A DNA stretch of 64,000 nucleotides from an archaeon (GTDB lineage Archaea > EX4484-52 > WAPT01): assembly GCA_029258795.1 (NCBI GenBank), contig JAPDKB010000009.1:32001-96000 (forward strand). Direction: 5' to 3'. Made by a program: the position numbers and the translations under genes. Of this stretch, positions 1 through 9,522 are shown one piece after another (the stretch's first letter is position 1; every line of letters begins with the position of its first letter). The notes under the pieces are model-generated. The model ran no database searches, was not told the DNA's origin, and was given only the letters and a program-made list of their open reading frames with translations.

Positions 1-1387
1 CGAAAACAAGCACACCTCTCTTTCTCAGCTCATCTCTTATCCTATCTGCTTCCTCAAACCTCCTTTCCTTTCTCAGCTTTTCCCTTTCTTCAATCATCTT
101 CATTTCTTCCACGTCCAGCCCTTCACTCCTCTCAAAATCCTCAAAAATGCCGAGCACGCTTGCAAGCTTCAGGAACTGGTCAAGCATGTGCTCCATAGCT
201 CTTCTACTTTTTCTTTCTTCAGAATTAACGTACTTGTTGATAAAGCTGGCGAATTCAACCAGCACTCTTGTTGCTCTTGAGGCATCAAAATCATCATCCA
301 TAGCTTCCTCAAACTCCTTAACAAATCTGTCAACTTCCCTTATTGCATCTTCATCAACCCATCCATCATCTTCTGTTGCGTTAATTTCAGCATCGAGCAT
401 TTCCAAAGCGTTCTCAAGTTTTCTGTAAAGCTTCTCAGAGTCCTTTATTGCCTTTTCATCGAAATCCACAGGGTCTCTGTAATGCACGCTTGCCAAGAAG
501 AATCTCAGCACACGAGCATCATATTTCTGTAGGAGCTCCCTCATCGTCACTATGTTTCCCAAGCTCTTGCTCATTTTCTCTCCTTTTATTGTGACGAACT
601 CGTTGTGCATCCAGTAACGCACAAAGGTCTTGCCCGTTGCTGCCTCGCTCTGAGCTATCTCATTTTCGTGATGCGGGAAGATGAGGTCCTTTCCCCCGCC
701 ATGAATGTCCAGCGTCTCTCCTAGATACTTCATGCTCATGGCTGAACATTCTATATGCCATCCGGGCCTTCCCTTCCCCCAGGGCGAATCAAACACACTG
801 CCAACTTTATAATCTTCATCCTTAGCGGCCTTCCACAAAGCAAAGTCCCTCACATCTCTTTTGCGCGAGTCTGGCTCTATTCTGTGGCGCTTCAGCTCTT
901 CAAGATTCTGTTTGCTCAGCTTGCCATAGTCCTTGAAGGAAGGCACATGGAAATACACGGTGCCATCATCAAGCACGTAAGCGTGACCTCTCTCAATTAT
1001 CTTTTCAATCAACTCAACGATCTCCTTTATGTGCTCCGTGACCTTCGGATAGTGATGCGCTTTCTTTATGTTCAGGGGCTCCACTATATCCTCAAAGAAC
1101 GCCTTAATGAAGAATTCCGAAACTTCCTTGAAGCTTTTCCCCTCTTTCAGAGCACGATTTATTATTTTATCATCCACATCAGTGAAGTTCTGCACAAAAA
1201 CAACTTCGTATCCTCTGTATTCCAGCCATCTCCTTATAACATCGAATGCAACACAACTTCTAGCATGCCCTATGTGACTGTAGTCGTAAGGAGTTATACC
1301 ACACACATACATCCTTACCTTTCCTCCCTCAAGCGGAACGAATTCTTCCTTCTTTCTCGTCATGGTGTTATATATCTTAATGGGCAT
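1..1387 (-). CDS. cysS: Cysteinyl-tRNA synthetase (3' end runs off the window)
   Basis: Translated by hand, not in the ORF track: MPIKIYNTMTRKKEEF...MYVCGITPYDYSHIGHAR, GRPGWHIECSAMS, DIHGGGKDLIFPHHENE, KMSKS motifs. Confidence 0.97.
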   Translation of the reverse strand, partial: MPIKIYNTMTRKKEEFVPLEGGKVRMYVCGITPYDYSHIGHARSCVAFDVIRRWLEYRGYEVVFVQNFTDVDDKIINRALKEGKSFKEVSEFFIKAFFEDIVEPLNIKKAHHYPKVTEHIKEIVELIEKIIERGHAYVLDDGTVYFHVPSFKDYGKLSKQNLEELKRHRIEPDSRKRDVRDFALWKAAKDEDYKVGSVFDSPWGKGRPGWHIECSAMSMKYLGETLDIHGGGKDLIFPHHENEIAQSEAATGKTFVRYWMHNEFVTIKGEKMSKSLGNIVTMRELLQKYDARVLRFFLASVHYRDPVDFDEKAIKDSEKLYRKLENALEMLDAEINATEDDGWVDEDAIREVDRFVKEFEEAMDDDFDASRATRVLVEFASFINKYVNSEERKSRRAMEHMLDQFLKLASVLGIFEDFERSEGLDVEEMKMIEEREKLRKERRFEEADRIRDELRKRGVLVF

Positions 1388-1441
1388 AAAAGCTGATTTT
1401 GAAAGGAAATTATAAAAGAATTGTTCTTCTCCACCTTCTCC

Positions 1442-1951
1442 ATGGAGTTCTTCTCCCACATCTATGAAAGCTGGCGCGAAATGCAATATGAAAAGTACGA
1501 AGCAATTTTTCGCGAGCTTGAGAGTGCTAACGCGAGTGTGCGGGGAAAAACCGTTGTGGATGTTGGATCTGCACAGGGCTTCCTAATCGATTTTATGAGG
1601 GGGCAGGGAATACAAACCAAGCTGTATGTGGGAGTGGATGTTGATAAAAGCGCGATACGAAAGCTGAATTCCCAGCTCAAAATTTTGGCGAGCGCGGAAG
1701 CATTGCCGTTTAAAGAAGAGGTGTTTGATGTGATGTTCTGTATAGATGTGATTCACCTTTTGAAGGATAAGCTTGATCTTTCTCCGGTGAAGGAGGATGG
1801 GGTGGTTGTGGTTGCTCTACCATCCAGACATGAGAGCAAGTTGCAGAGGTTTGTGGAAGATATGAGCGCTGAAGGAATGGAAATGTTGAGCTCTTTTTCA
1901 ATAGAAGGAAAAGAAAGGGAGTGTGTGGTGGTGCTGAGGAAGAAGCACTAG
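1442..1951 (+). CDS. Class I SAM-dependent methyltransferase
   Basis: VVDVGSAQG motif I, VGVDVD, AEALPFKEEVFDVMFC. Confidence 0.85.
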   Translation: MEFFSHIYESWREMQYEKYEAIFRELESANASVRGKTVVDVGSAQGFLIDFMRGQGIQTKLYVGVDVDKSAIRKLNSQLKILASAEALPFKEEVFDVMFCIDVIHLLKDKLDLSPVKEDGVVVVALPSRHESKLQRFVEDMSAEGMEMLSSFSIEGKERECVVVLRKKH

Positions 1952-2259
1952 CATTGTTGCTGGAGTTTTGTTGCGATTTCTCTTAGCTCTGCAGGGCTGT
2001 AGCTCTCATTCCTGTCCAGAAGCCTGGAGTAAACCTCCTCCAGCCTGCTGACCACGCTGTGCTCGCCCCTGTAGAACGAGTTCCAGAGCTTACCCGCTTC
2101 CCTGTAGTTCTCCAGTGTGCGCTTCAGCTTTTCCACATCCACACCAACCCTCTCCAGAACATGTCCATCGTTTTCAAGCAGGGTTTCGATGCTGTTTAAC
2201 AAGTCCGCGTACGAGAAAAAGCTATACTTCTTGGCTCTTTCCGAGGATAAATCCATCAC
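1948..2259 (-). CDS. Hypothetical protein
   Basis: 103-aa ORF with protein-like composition and a GGGTGA RBS; no family recognised. Confidence 0.6.
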   Translation of the reverse strand: MMDLSSERAKKYSFFSYADLLNSIETLLENDGHVLERVGVDVEKLKRTLENYREAGKLWNSFYRGEHSVVSRLEEVYSRLLDRNESYSPAELREIATKLQQQC

Positions 2260-2331
2260 CCTTCATCCCACTCACCCCCTCCAGATTTTCTCGACAGGTT
2301 GAGATGTTAGGAAAAAGAAGTTTATAAAGTT

Positions 2332-2757
2332 TTATCCACGCGCAAAAGGCAGATTCTTCATGATGCATACGCATCTGTACAGCTGCTCCAGCAGGACTAT
2401 TCTTGCAAGTTGATGTGAGAATGTTAATCTAGAGAGTGAAAGTGTGGAAGAGGCAAGCTCCTTTATACTTTCATCCACGCCGTGTTTACCACCTATGATG
2501 AATGTTATATCACTGTTCAGCTTTTCTTTCAAAAACTCGCAGAAGTCGTGAGAGTTGAACTCCTCACCCCTCTCATCCAGCAAAACAACATAACCTTTAA
2601 GGTATTTCTTTATTTTTTCCGCTTCCTCCTCCACACTCCTGCCTTCCTTGAGCTCAACGATTTCAATCTTGAGGTGGGGCTGGAGAAGCGCCAGATAATG
2701 TCCCTGAGCATCCCGAAAATGGGATTTTAACTTACCCACACAAACAATTCTGGTCAT
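2332..2757 (-). CDS. rlmH: 23S rRNA m3-pseudouridine-1915 methyltransferase (SPOUT)
   Basis: CVGKLK N-terminus, LLDERG, FIIGGKHG, LSLSRLTFSHQLARIVLLEQLYR. Confidence 0.93.
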   Translation of the reverse strand: MTRIVCVGKLKSHFRDAQGHYLALLQPHLKIEIVELKEGRSVEEEAEKIKKYLKGYVVLLDERGEEFNSHDFCEFLKEKLNSDITFIIGGKHGVDESIKELASSTLSLSRLTFSHQLARIVLLEQLYRCVCIMKNLPFARG

Positions 2758-2780
2758 TCAGAAACACCACAAAAACTGTT

Positions 2781-2899
2781 TGGTGCCCCCGCCGGGATTT
2801 TCAGCCGCTTATTCTCTCTCGAAGTAGAGCATGACGGCATTTGAACCCGGGTCATCGGCTCGAGAGGCCGATATCCTTGCCTGGCTAGACTACGGGGGC
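2781..2899 (-). tRNA. tRNA-Glu(CTC) with a 42-nt T-loop intron, CCA encoded
   Basis: Acceptor GCCCCCG/CGGGGGC, anticodon arm TCGGC-CTCTCGA-GCCGA, T-stem CCGGG/CCCGG interrupted. Confidence 0.95.
2798..2839 (-). other. tRNA intron at 59/60 (BHB)
   Basis: CCGGG-TTCA-[AAT]-GCCG...CGGC-TGAA-[AAT]-CCCGG bulge-helix-bulge; removal restores the loop TTCAAAT. Confidence 0.9.
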
Positions 2900-2946
2900 A
2901 CAATAACTTGTATTAAAAAAGCAGGAGAATTTTAAATGTTTCGTCT

Positions 2947-3174
2947 TCACTTCTTACCTCTGCTCTCCGCCGGAAGCAAGAATCTGCGGTACAACGCTAT
3001 CTCATCAATGAAGTCCTTATGGGTTATCATCAAACTTCTGCAGCAATACCTTGTTATTCCGAGTTCGTCCAGCACTTTAGAAGGATGCTTTCCCTTCTTG
3101 ACTTCCTGCTGAAACTTTTCCCATTTGTCAGCAAGCACCTTCCCACAGGAGATGCATCTTATGGGTATGATCAC
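2947..3174 (-). CDS. rpoN: RNA polymerase subunit N (Rpo10)
   Basis: IPIRCISCGK...LGITRYCCR. Confidence 0.97.
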   Translation of the reverse strand: MIIPIRCISCGKVLADKWEKFQQEVKKGKHPSKVLDELGITRYCCRSLMITHKDFIDEIALYRRFLLPAESRGKK

Positions 3175-3227
3175 GATATCTCACCTCACAGATTAAAGGT
3201 GTAAATAGGGGGATGGAAATATCCCCA

Positions 3228-3635
3228 TCATCTGTAGCTGGTCTGTTTGATTCTTCTCGGACCCTTCTTTGACCTTGATGGTTTGTGGGGCTCTGTTCTT
3301 CTCGGATCGTAAACAAGCATACCCCTGTCATATTCGAGGAACTTCTTCTTCAAGCTCTCGCTTTTGGTCAGTCTGACCAAAGCCCTCGCTATCGCCATCC
3401 TTATCGCTTCAGCTTGAGCATTAATCCCACCGCCTTTCACCACAATATCCATGTCCACCTTCTTTATCTTATCCTCTCCAGCTATTATTATGGGCTCCAT
3501 GATCTTCAGCTTCAGCATTTCGGGCTTGTAAATATCAAGCAACATCTTGTTTATTCTTATGGTTCCACTCCCCTCCCTAACATACGCTCTTGCTACAGCC
3601 GTCTTTCTCTTACCTGTTGTAACAAAAGGTTTCAT
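3228..3635 (-). CDS. rps9: 30S ribosomal protein S9
   Basis: GKRKTAVARA, GGGINAQAEAIR, C-terminal SYR. Confidence 0.97.
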   Translation of the reverse strand: MKPFVTTGKRKTAVARAYVREGSGTIRINKMLLDIYKPEMLKLKIMEPIIIAGEDKIKKVDMDIVVKGGGINAQAEAIRMAIARALVRLTKSESLKKKFLEYDRGMLVYDPRRTEPHKPSRSKKGPRRIKQTSYR

Positions 3636-3639
3636 AGTA

Positions 3640-4056
3640 TCACCACCTTGCACCCAACCATCTTGCAATGTCCTCAATTCTCACGAACTTCCTATCTCTG
3701 AGCTTGTCTGCGGTCCATTCGAGCTTGATCTTCTCAGCATCCTTATACTCGTCAGGTACGCCGATAAAGACCTTCACCCTTTTATATGCCTCTTTGCCGC
3801 GTGTTGTTTTGTATGGAAGCATCCCGCGTATTGCTCTTCTCACAATCCTATCGGGCATTCTGGGGAAAAACGGACCCTTGTATCTGTCTCCCACATCCCT
3901 TCTGGTTTTGTACTTATCTTTTATGTTCTCTTCATTCCCGCTTATTATGGCTTTTTCAGCATTAACTATAACGATTGTCTCTCCCTCCAGAGCTTTCTTC
4001 GCCACAAATGATGCCATCCTTCCCAAAATGGTGTCTGTAGCGTCTATAACCATCAT
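3640..4056 (-). CDS. rpl13: 50S ribosomal protein L13
   Basis: IDATDTILGRMAS, RRAIRGMLP. Confidence 0.97.
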   Translation of the reverse strand: MMVIDATDTILGRMASFVAKKALEGETIVIVNAEKAIISGNEENIKDKYKTRRDVGDRYKGPFFPRMPDRIVRRAIRGMLPYKTTRGKEAYKRVKVFIGVPDEYKDAEKIKLEWTADKLRDRKFVRIEDIARWLGARW

Positions 4057-4063
4057 TTTTCAT

Positions 4064-4432
4064 TCACCCTTTCATCAACCTTACTCCGCTTCCATTAGGG
4101 TTCTGTTCCAACAGGTCTCTTATAGGGAGCCACTTTCCTCCCGCTTCCTCAACTTTTTTTATGGCCGAAGGTGAAGCATCAAGTGATGCAACCACAAGTT
4201 TTTTGGTGAGATTCCCACCACCAAGCAGCTTGCCTGCCACAACAACAATCTCTCCTTCATTGCAGTACCTTTCCAGCTTTCCAACGTTTACGGGCTTCTT
4301 AATCCTTCTTGGCCTCTCAAGCTCATCTGCAAGCGCTCTCCACACCGGAGCTTTATTCTTCACGCTTGCTTTCCTCAATACCCTTATCAGCTCCCTCAAC
4401 ACAGGGTTGGTAGGGCCGGTCGGTTTCATCAT
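4064..4432 (-). CDS. rpl18e: 50S ribosomal protein L18e
   Basis: TNPVLRELI, APVWRALA, VNVGKL, GKLLGGG. Confidence 0.95.
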   Translation of the reverse strand: MMKPTGPTNPVLRELIRVLRKASVKNKAPVWRALADELERPRRIKKPVNVGKLERYCNEGEIVVVAGKLLGGGNLTKKLVVASLDASPSAIKKVEEAGGKWLPIRDLLEQNPNGSGVRLMKG

Positions 4433-4450
4433 GCCACCTCCATAGCTGTA

Positions 4451-4570
4451 TGGTGCAGGGGGTGGGATTTCCACGCTTCCGTGCAATTATCGGAAGCGGT
4501 TCGAACCCACGACGGGCCTGCGCCCACCGGATCTTAAGTCCGGCGCCTTTGACCTCTCGGCCACCCCTGC
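4451..4570 (-). tRNA. tRNA-Leu(TAA) with a 32-nt T-loop intron, CCA encoded
   Basis: GCAGGGG/CCCCTGC acceptor, CCGGA-CTTAAGA-TCCGG, long variable arm; usual position between rpoD and rpl18e. Confidence 0.95.
4468..4499 (-). other. tRNA intron at 59/60 (BHB)
   Basis: GTGGG-TTCG-[AAC]-CGCTTCCG...CGGAAGCG-TGGA-[AAT]-CCCAC. Confidence 0.9.
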
Positions 4571-4611
4571 ACAGCCCAGCAATCTTCACTTTTTGTGTAT
4601 GATTTTTAAAT

Positions 4612-5421
4612 TCATTTAAGCTGAGCTTTAACCTTCTCCTCAAACTCGTTTATTCTTTCAATCACACCTTGCACAGCATTCATCACTATCTGTGCAGGGG
4701 TCAGGCCGGAAACGCTTTCAACGTTGAATATGATGTGTGAAGAGTCTCCACGCACCTTTATCTTGCCTTCCGATCTCTCCTCACACAGTCCGCAGAGATC
4801 ACAGAGATAAGGATCTTTCAACACAGCTTTTCCGTCCTTGATTTCCAGAGCTCCTCTCGGGCAGAGCTTTTTAGCATCCACCTTTCCATCGAGCTTTTCG
4901 CTCTCCACAACAGGGAAGTACTGATAACCAACGACAGCGCTCTGCCATCTCGCATGTCTCGTTGCCTTGTCGAGTATTGCAACGGCTTCCAGCTCAATCT
5001 CCTGTCCTTCAAGCAGCTTGACTATTATCTCATCTCCATAGACGGGAGCAACATCCGGATTGTTCGACACAAGGTCTTTAGCATAGACCACACAGGGCCC
5101 CTTTTTCTTGAGCAGGAGCTTTGCGGTACATTTCATACAACCTTCTTCCTTGTTGCAATCACACTTCTCTCTCGGCACGTAGCGAAGCGGATCGAATTTT
5201 AGAGGGATAAGTCCTATTCTGTGTGCAAGAAGCTCGTTGTAAAGAGCGGAAGTGTTCTTGATAATGTCCACAAACTCCACTGCCATCACATAAACCTCGC
5301 TGTACATGGCTCTCCTTATAGCGTTCGCTATTGCAGGATTTATTCCCTTAACCTCAAACCTGATCTTCTCACCATCATCCTCAAGAATTTTAACATCAAA
5401 TCCGCTCTTGGCTTTTACCAT
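4612..5421 (-). CDS. rpoD: RNA polymerase subunit D (Rpo3)
   Basis: ANAIRRAM, NTSALYNELLAHRIGLIP, ferredoxin-like CDLCGLC. Confidence 0.97.
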   Translation of the reverse strand: MVKAKSGFDVKILEDDGEKIRFEVKGINPAIANAIRRAMYSEVYVMAVEFVDIIKNTSALYNELLAHRIGLIPLKFDPLRYVPREKCDCNKEEGCMKCTAKLLLKKKGPCVVYAKDLVSNNPDVAPVYGDEIIVKLLEGQEIELEAVAILDKATRHARWQSAVVGYQYFPVVESEKLDGKVDAKKLCPRGALEIKDGKAVLKDPYLCDLCGLCEERSEGKIKVRGDSSHIIFNVESVSGLTPAQIVMNAVQGVIERINEFEEKVKAQLK

Positions 5422-5426
5422 TCACA

Positions 5427-5840
5427 TCACACTCTCCTTCCTCTTCTTCCGCCGGGCTTTCTGGTTCTGTCGTGCGGAATGGGAGTCACATCCTCAATCT
5501 TACCGATCTTCAATCCTGCCTGAATAAGGGCTCTTATTGCTGGCTGAGCTCCCGGACCGGGTATTTTGGAGAGATGGCCTCCCGGAGCCCTGACGCGCAC
5601 GTGCACAGCAGTTATTCCCTTTTCAAGCGCTTCTTCAGCAGCCCTCTTGGCAGCGAGCATGGCCTGGTATGGTGCACCCTTCAACCTGCCCTTATCGGTA
5701 ACAAATCCACCCGAAACACGGGAAATCGTGTATGCTCCAGTAATGTCGGTTATGTGAACTATGGTGTTGTTAAAGCTGCTGTAGATGTGAGCTATTCCCC
5801 ACCTTTCCTGCTTTTCTTTTGTTGTCTTAGCTTTAGCCAT
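5427..5840 (-). CDS. rps11: 30S ribosomal protein S11
   Basis: [32 protein letters not shown]. Confidence 0.98.
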   Translation of the reverse strand: MAKAKTTKEKQERWGIAHIYSSFNNTIVHITDITGAYTISRVSGGFVTDKGRLKGAPYQAMLAAKRAAEEALEKGITAVHVRVRAPGGHLSKIPGPGAQPAIRALIQAGLKIGKIEDVTPIPHDRTRKPGGRRGRRV

Positions 5841-5860
5841 CCACCATCACCACTTTTTCA

Positions 5861-6412
5861 TCAGCTGCCTTCTCCACCGGCTTGTTCACCACCGCTTTTC
5901 TGCTCCGCAAAAAGACCGAAACCCTTCTCATACATCTCCTTAACAGAGGAATTCGGATGGAAATCTATCGAGTTTTCCTTATCTATGTTCACGATGTATC
6001 CCGGAGAGACAACACGCTGTCCATCCACAACTATGTGTCCATGAACTATGAACTGCCTTGCCTGCTTTATGGTTCTGGCAAGACCCTTTCTGTAAACAAG
6101 TGTCTGCAACCTTCTTTCAAGCAGGTCCTTGACGGTTATATCCAGAATGTCGTCAAGTGTTGCATCCTCTTTTACAAGACCCATCTCATAAGCTTTCCTT
6201 ATAAGAATCTTCTCTGCTTCCTCGTCAGGATTTGCGATGAGCTGCCTTGCTCTCCTTCTGAGCTTTCTCACTAGCTCTTCGGCTCTCCTTATCTCCTTCT
6301 TCCTTCTGAGCCCGTATATCCTCATCAACTTCCTTTCTTCTCTAATCCTTTCAGCATCCCATCTTTTGCGCGGGGATTTCCACTTTCTCTTCAGCTTGCG
6401 CGGATCACCCAT
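5861..6412 (-). CDS. rps4: 30S ribosomal protein S4
   Basis: [24 protein letters not shown]. Confidence 0.98.
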   Translation of the reverse strand: MGDPRKLKRKWKSPRKRWDAERIREERKLMRIYGLRRKKEIRRAEELVRKLRRRARQLIANPDEEAEKILIRKAYEMGLVKEDATLDDILDITVKDLLERRLQTLVYRKGLARTIKQARQFIVHGHIVVDGQRVVSPGYIVNIDKENSIDFHPNSSVKEMYEKGFGLFAEQKSGGEQAGGEGS

Positions 6413-6426
6413 ATATCAACACCACA

Positions 6427-6885
6427 TCACTTCTTCTTTCTCTGCACACCAACAGTCATACCCTTCCTGAATCCGGTTCTCGTGCGCTGCCCTCTTACAG
6501 GCAGACCCATCTGGTGTCTCACTCCTCTGTAGCACTTAATTCTCATGAGTCGTGTTATGTCTTCCTTAACCCTCAGGTCGAGGTCAACTCCAACCAGATG
6601 CTCGTCCTTTCCTGTCTCTCTATCCTTCCTCCTGTTGAGCATCCATACGGGCATGCCATACTTGAGAGGGTCTTTAAGAGCATCCTCGATCTTCTTTATT
6701 TCCTCCTCGCTAAGCTCCTTCAGTTTCTTCTTCTCATCTATACCCAGAAGCCTGACCAACGCTCTTGCGAAATTGTAGCCAACACCCTTTATTCCCTGCA
6801 GAGCCATGTAAACATACCTATTTCCATCCAGATCCGTACCAGCAATACGTACGACCTCTTCAGCTCTTATTTCCTTTGCAGCCAT
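6427..6885 (-). CDS. rps13: 30S ribosomal protein S13
   Basis: IKGVG, NRRKDRETG, YRGVRHQMGLPVRGQRTR. Confidence 0.98.
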   Translation of the reverse strand: MAAKEIRAEEVVRIAGTDLDGNRYVYMALQGIKGVGYNFARALVRLLGIDEKKKLKELSEEEIKKIEDALKDPLKYGMPVWMLNRRKDRETGKDEHLVGVDLDLRVKEDITRLMRIKCYRGVRHQMGLPVRGQRTRTGFRKGMTVGVQRKKK

Positions 6886-7124
6886 CTTCACACCTCGCGA
6901 AACCCAACGAGTTCTTCCCGCCAGAAACGACCCGGATTTATGCCCCCGCAGCTTTTTCCCGGAGGCAACCGGGCCACGAAAATAACTTCCTCAATTTTAA
7001 TTCAAAAACGTGACAATTTATACTCACATAAAATTTAAAAAGGTTTTCAAATGTTCAAGCTGAAATTCCGGACAGAGGATGTTTTTCTTTATTAATGCCT
7101 TATTAATGATAAAAGTTTAAAAAT

Positions 7125-7730
7125 ATGCCAATACAAATGTGCCGCATGAAACTTGCGCCTAAAAATTTTGATGATGTTGAAATTGTCAAGGAATGCTTGA
7201 TCACGAGTTATAATCTTCACCATACCATCGAGATTGAGGGGAAAGCAGTAGGGGTTGCCGATTATTGGCCCAATATCAGAGAAAACATAGAGAGATTTTC
7301 CAAGTTTCTTTTTGAAACGGATAGGGGCGAGGGAACTATAATTTCGTGTAGCGAGTTGTATGATGGTGTGCGTGAGATAGTTATGCTCACAGAAATCAGG
7401 GAGATAACGGGTTTGACACCAAACTCAACCATTTATTTCGGAGGAAAAGCGGAGTTCCACCCAACGTTGGAGAAAATTTCTGCATCCTATAATCCTTACC
7501 CTCCCACCGTGCCAAGATACTCGTGGTGCGTGCTGGAATACATAATCCCTCCGGCAGATTCAACCTTCATCCTTACATCATCGAAAAAATTGGACGAAAT
7601 TTCGGAGAAAGAGTTGGAAGGGTTTGAGCGACAGCTGGAAATAAAGGATGAATTGTTGAAAAAACTCCAGGAAACATACATAAAAAAGAAGGAGCGCGTT
7701 AACTTTGAAATCAACAAACTTTATGTATAG
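7125..7730 (+). CDS. Hypothetical protein
   Basis: 201-aa ORF preceded by a TTTAAA box; no family recognised. Confidence 0.6.
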   Translation: MPIQMCRMKLAPKNFDDVEIVKECLITSYNLHHTIEIEGKAVGVADYWPNIRENIERFSKFLFETDRGEGTIISCSELYDGVREIVMLTEIREITGLTPNSTIYFGGKAEFHPTLEKISASYNPYPPTVPRYSWCVLEYIIPPADSTFILTSSKKLDEISEKELEGFERQLEIKDELLKKLQETYIKKKERVNFEINKLYV

Positions 7731-7738
7731 ATAAAAGT

Positions 7739-7753
7739 TTGGCACCGCGGGCA
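7739..7753. repeat. Degenerate direct repeat of the tRNA-Ser 3' end (att-like)
   Basis: ttggcaccgcgggca vs ttggcgccgcgggca at 9522-9536 (14/15 identical). Confidence 0.7.
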
Positions 7754-7852
7754 AACCCAAGGAACCGCCAGCAGGGCCCCTCTCCCCATACGAGGTTTGC
7801 AATTTACTCTTTAGGTTCTAGGGCTGAAGAACTTTATAAAGTTTGTTCTGAG

Positions 7853-8410
7853 TCATAAATCTCCGAATCTAAAAACTTCCAACTTCCGTTCCTTCAGATC
7901 CATTAGAAAAAACTTGAAATCATCGGATATGGTGATTTCAAAGAGGGATTTGTTTCTGCGCATCCAATCAACAAATTTCCTATCCGTTGTAAGAAACCCA
8001 TCAAGCCGGTTAGATACTGCTGTCAGCAGATGAAGAAGATCGTAGGTTTTCACGTTCTTTGTTAGCATTCCGAGAATCTTTTTATTCGCGAAAAGAAACA
8101 TCACATCACTCTCAACACCAACCCTTTCAAACCTGCTGAGGAAACTGGCAAATTCCTTTCCGAATTTTCTGAAGAAGGCTTCCGCTCTTTTCTTGGGATC
8201 TTCTATTACATCTCCGCAGAATTTCTTTATTATTTCCTTCTCCTTTTTCTTATAAAGAATCGTGAAGAAGAACTCTTCAAGCGTGAAGGGAGAGATACAG
8301 AAGGCCACATCTGCTTCCTTACCGAGCTCTTTTTCGATAATCTTCCATCCTTCTTGGGAGAAGAGAGCCATAAAGCCAGAAGTATCCAGATAAACTCTCA
8401 CACCGCTCAC
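7853..8410 (-). CDS. PIN-domain (VapC-like) ribonuclease
   Basis: VYLDTS, SPFTLEEF, YDLLHLLTA, FLTTDRKF acidic tetrad. Confidence 0.88.
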   Translation of the reverse strand: MSGVRVYLDTSGFMALFSQEGWKIIEKELGKEADVAFCISPFTLEEFFFTILYKKKEKEIIKKFCGDVIEDPKKRAEAFFRKFGKEFASFLSRFERVGVESDVMFLFANKKILGMLTKNVKTYDLLHLLTAVSNRLDGFLTTDRKFVDWMRRNKSLFEITISDDFKFFLMDLKERKLEVFRFGDL

Positions 8411-9099
8411 CGTCCTACCATGACGGGGATCCTCTCAGCATATTCCTTAAGTTCAACTACACCTCCCCTTCCGGGAGAGAACAGGTGAATGAATGTATGG
8501 AATATTCCTGTCAGCCGAGAAAGCTGCATGAGATTCATTCTCCTGTAACCACGGAAAGCAAGGTATAAAGCTATTATCGGCGCTTCGAAGATTATTATCT
8601 TTTCAGGGAACTTCTCAAATCCTTCTTCTGCCAGGGACAGATATTTCTCCTTCTTCATTTTTCTCAGTAGTTCGTAATCCATTCTTATCATTTTCGGATA
8701 CTCCTCGAGAACAGAGGCGAGATAGTATGATAGCGGATATATATCATCGGTTCTTCTGATCATTCCCTCAATTTTCTTCAGCTTTTCCTCAAAATCCCTG
8801 AACTCCCTCTCAGAAATTTCAACTGCTTTTATTGCTGTGTAATTCTTCCTCATTTTTTCCATGGTTTCCTCAGCATACTCTCTGAGCATCCCCCTATAAT
8901 CGGGAGAGTTCAGAATTTCGAATATTCTGGAGAGGTGAACCTCTATCTTATTCAGAGCCATTTCAGTTTCCTTAGATCTTCTTGCAGATTTCATATACCC
9001 AAGTCTGAATATCTCTGTGGGATACTCTCCCATTTTCTCTTTTAGCAAAGGCCTGTAAGCAAGAATCGAAGCAATTGCAACTTCTTGAACTTTCATCAT
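8407..9099 (-). CDS. Hypothetical protein coupled to the PIN gene (possible antitoxin)
   Basis: 4-nt start/stop overlap with the PIN gene; helical composition; start uncertain (ORF is open to 9237). Confidence 0.6.
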   Translation of the reverse strand: MMKVQEVAIASILAYRPLLKEKMGEYPTEIFRLGYMKSARRSKETEMALNKIEVHLSRIFEILNSPDYRGMLREYAEETMEKMRKNYTAIKAVEISEREFRDFEEKLKKIEGMIRRTDDIYPLSYYLASVLEEYPKMIRMDYELLRKMKKEKYLSLAEEGFEKFPEKIIIFEAPIIALYLAFRGYRRMNLMQLSRLTGIFHTFIHLFSPGRGGVVELKEYAERIPVMVGR

Positions 9100-9304
9100 G
9101 AATATTGTTAGGAACAAAAGTAATATATATGTATTTGGCAAATCCAAATTCTTGCTCTCATCGAAGAAGTTTATAATGTTTGGCATTTCTCGGTGGGAGG
9201 TCGAGCTACCATCATATAACTTCTTAATACCCTTCAATTTATCCTGAGTACGGTGTGTTCATACCACCAAATCCAAAAACCTTTCCAAATAAATTATTAT
9301 ATTG

Positions 9305-9469
9305 TTAGAACTCTCTATCATGAAAAAAGCGTTCTTTTGAGCAAGGAAGAAATTTTATCTCCAGAATTTCTCCTATGAGCTGTTTGTTTCTTTCAGAAAT
9401 GTTCGAACCCCTCAGAAGCTTGAGAGCATGTTCGTATCTTCTCCCGTATCCGTGAATGTCCTCGTTCAT
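9305..9469 (-). pseudogene. Truncated tyrosine integrase N-terminus
   Basis: MNEDIHGYGRRYEHALKLLRGSNISERNKQLI resembles the DIH.Y.RR.E...IS..NK.LI start of archaeal tRNA-associated integrases; no catalytic domain follows; lies just after the tRNA 3' end. Confidence 0.55.
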
Positions 9470-9522
9470 ACATAATGGAGTTTCCCTGGTCATAGATTGG
9501 GGGAGGCTCCGCTGGTTGCAAT

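Larger units (their letters stand above)
7739..9522. mobile_element. Decayed tRNA-Ser-integrated islet
   Basis: Bounded by the tRNA-Ser 3' end and its degenerate copy; contains an integrase-like N-terminal stub and a PIN gene pair; interrupts the usual tRNA-Ser-rps13 linkage. Confidence 0.6.

Noticed and set aside
755-1396. 213-aa plus-strand ORF and many similar antisense ORFs across the r-protein operons (e.g. 25894-26733, 21931-22596)
   Set aside because: They are shadows of well-supported minus-strand genes and have no motifs of their own
4433-4486. N-terminal extension of rpl18e in the ORF track
   Set aside because: It overlaps tRNA-Leu; the real start is the ATG at 4432/4429 after a GGAGGTG RBS
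7741-7830. GC-rich tract ending in GCCA on the minus strand as a split-tRNA half or RNase P RNA
   Set aside because: No complete T-arm, anticodon arm or RNase P signature was found; better explained as an att remnant
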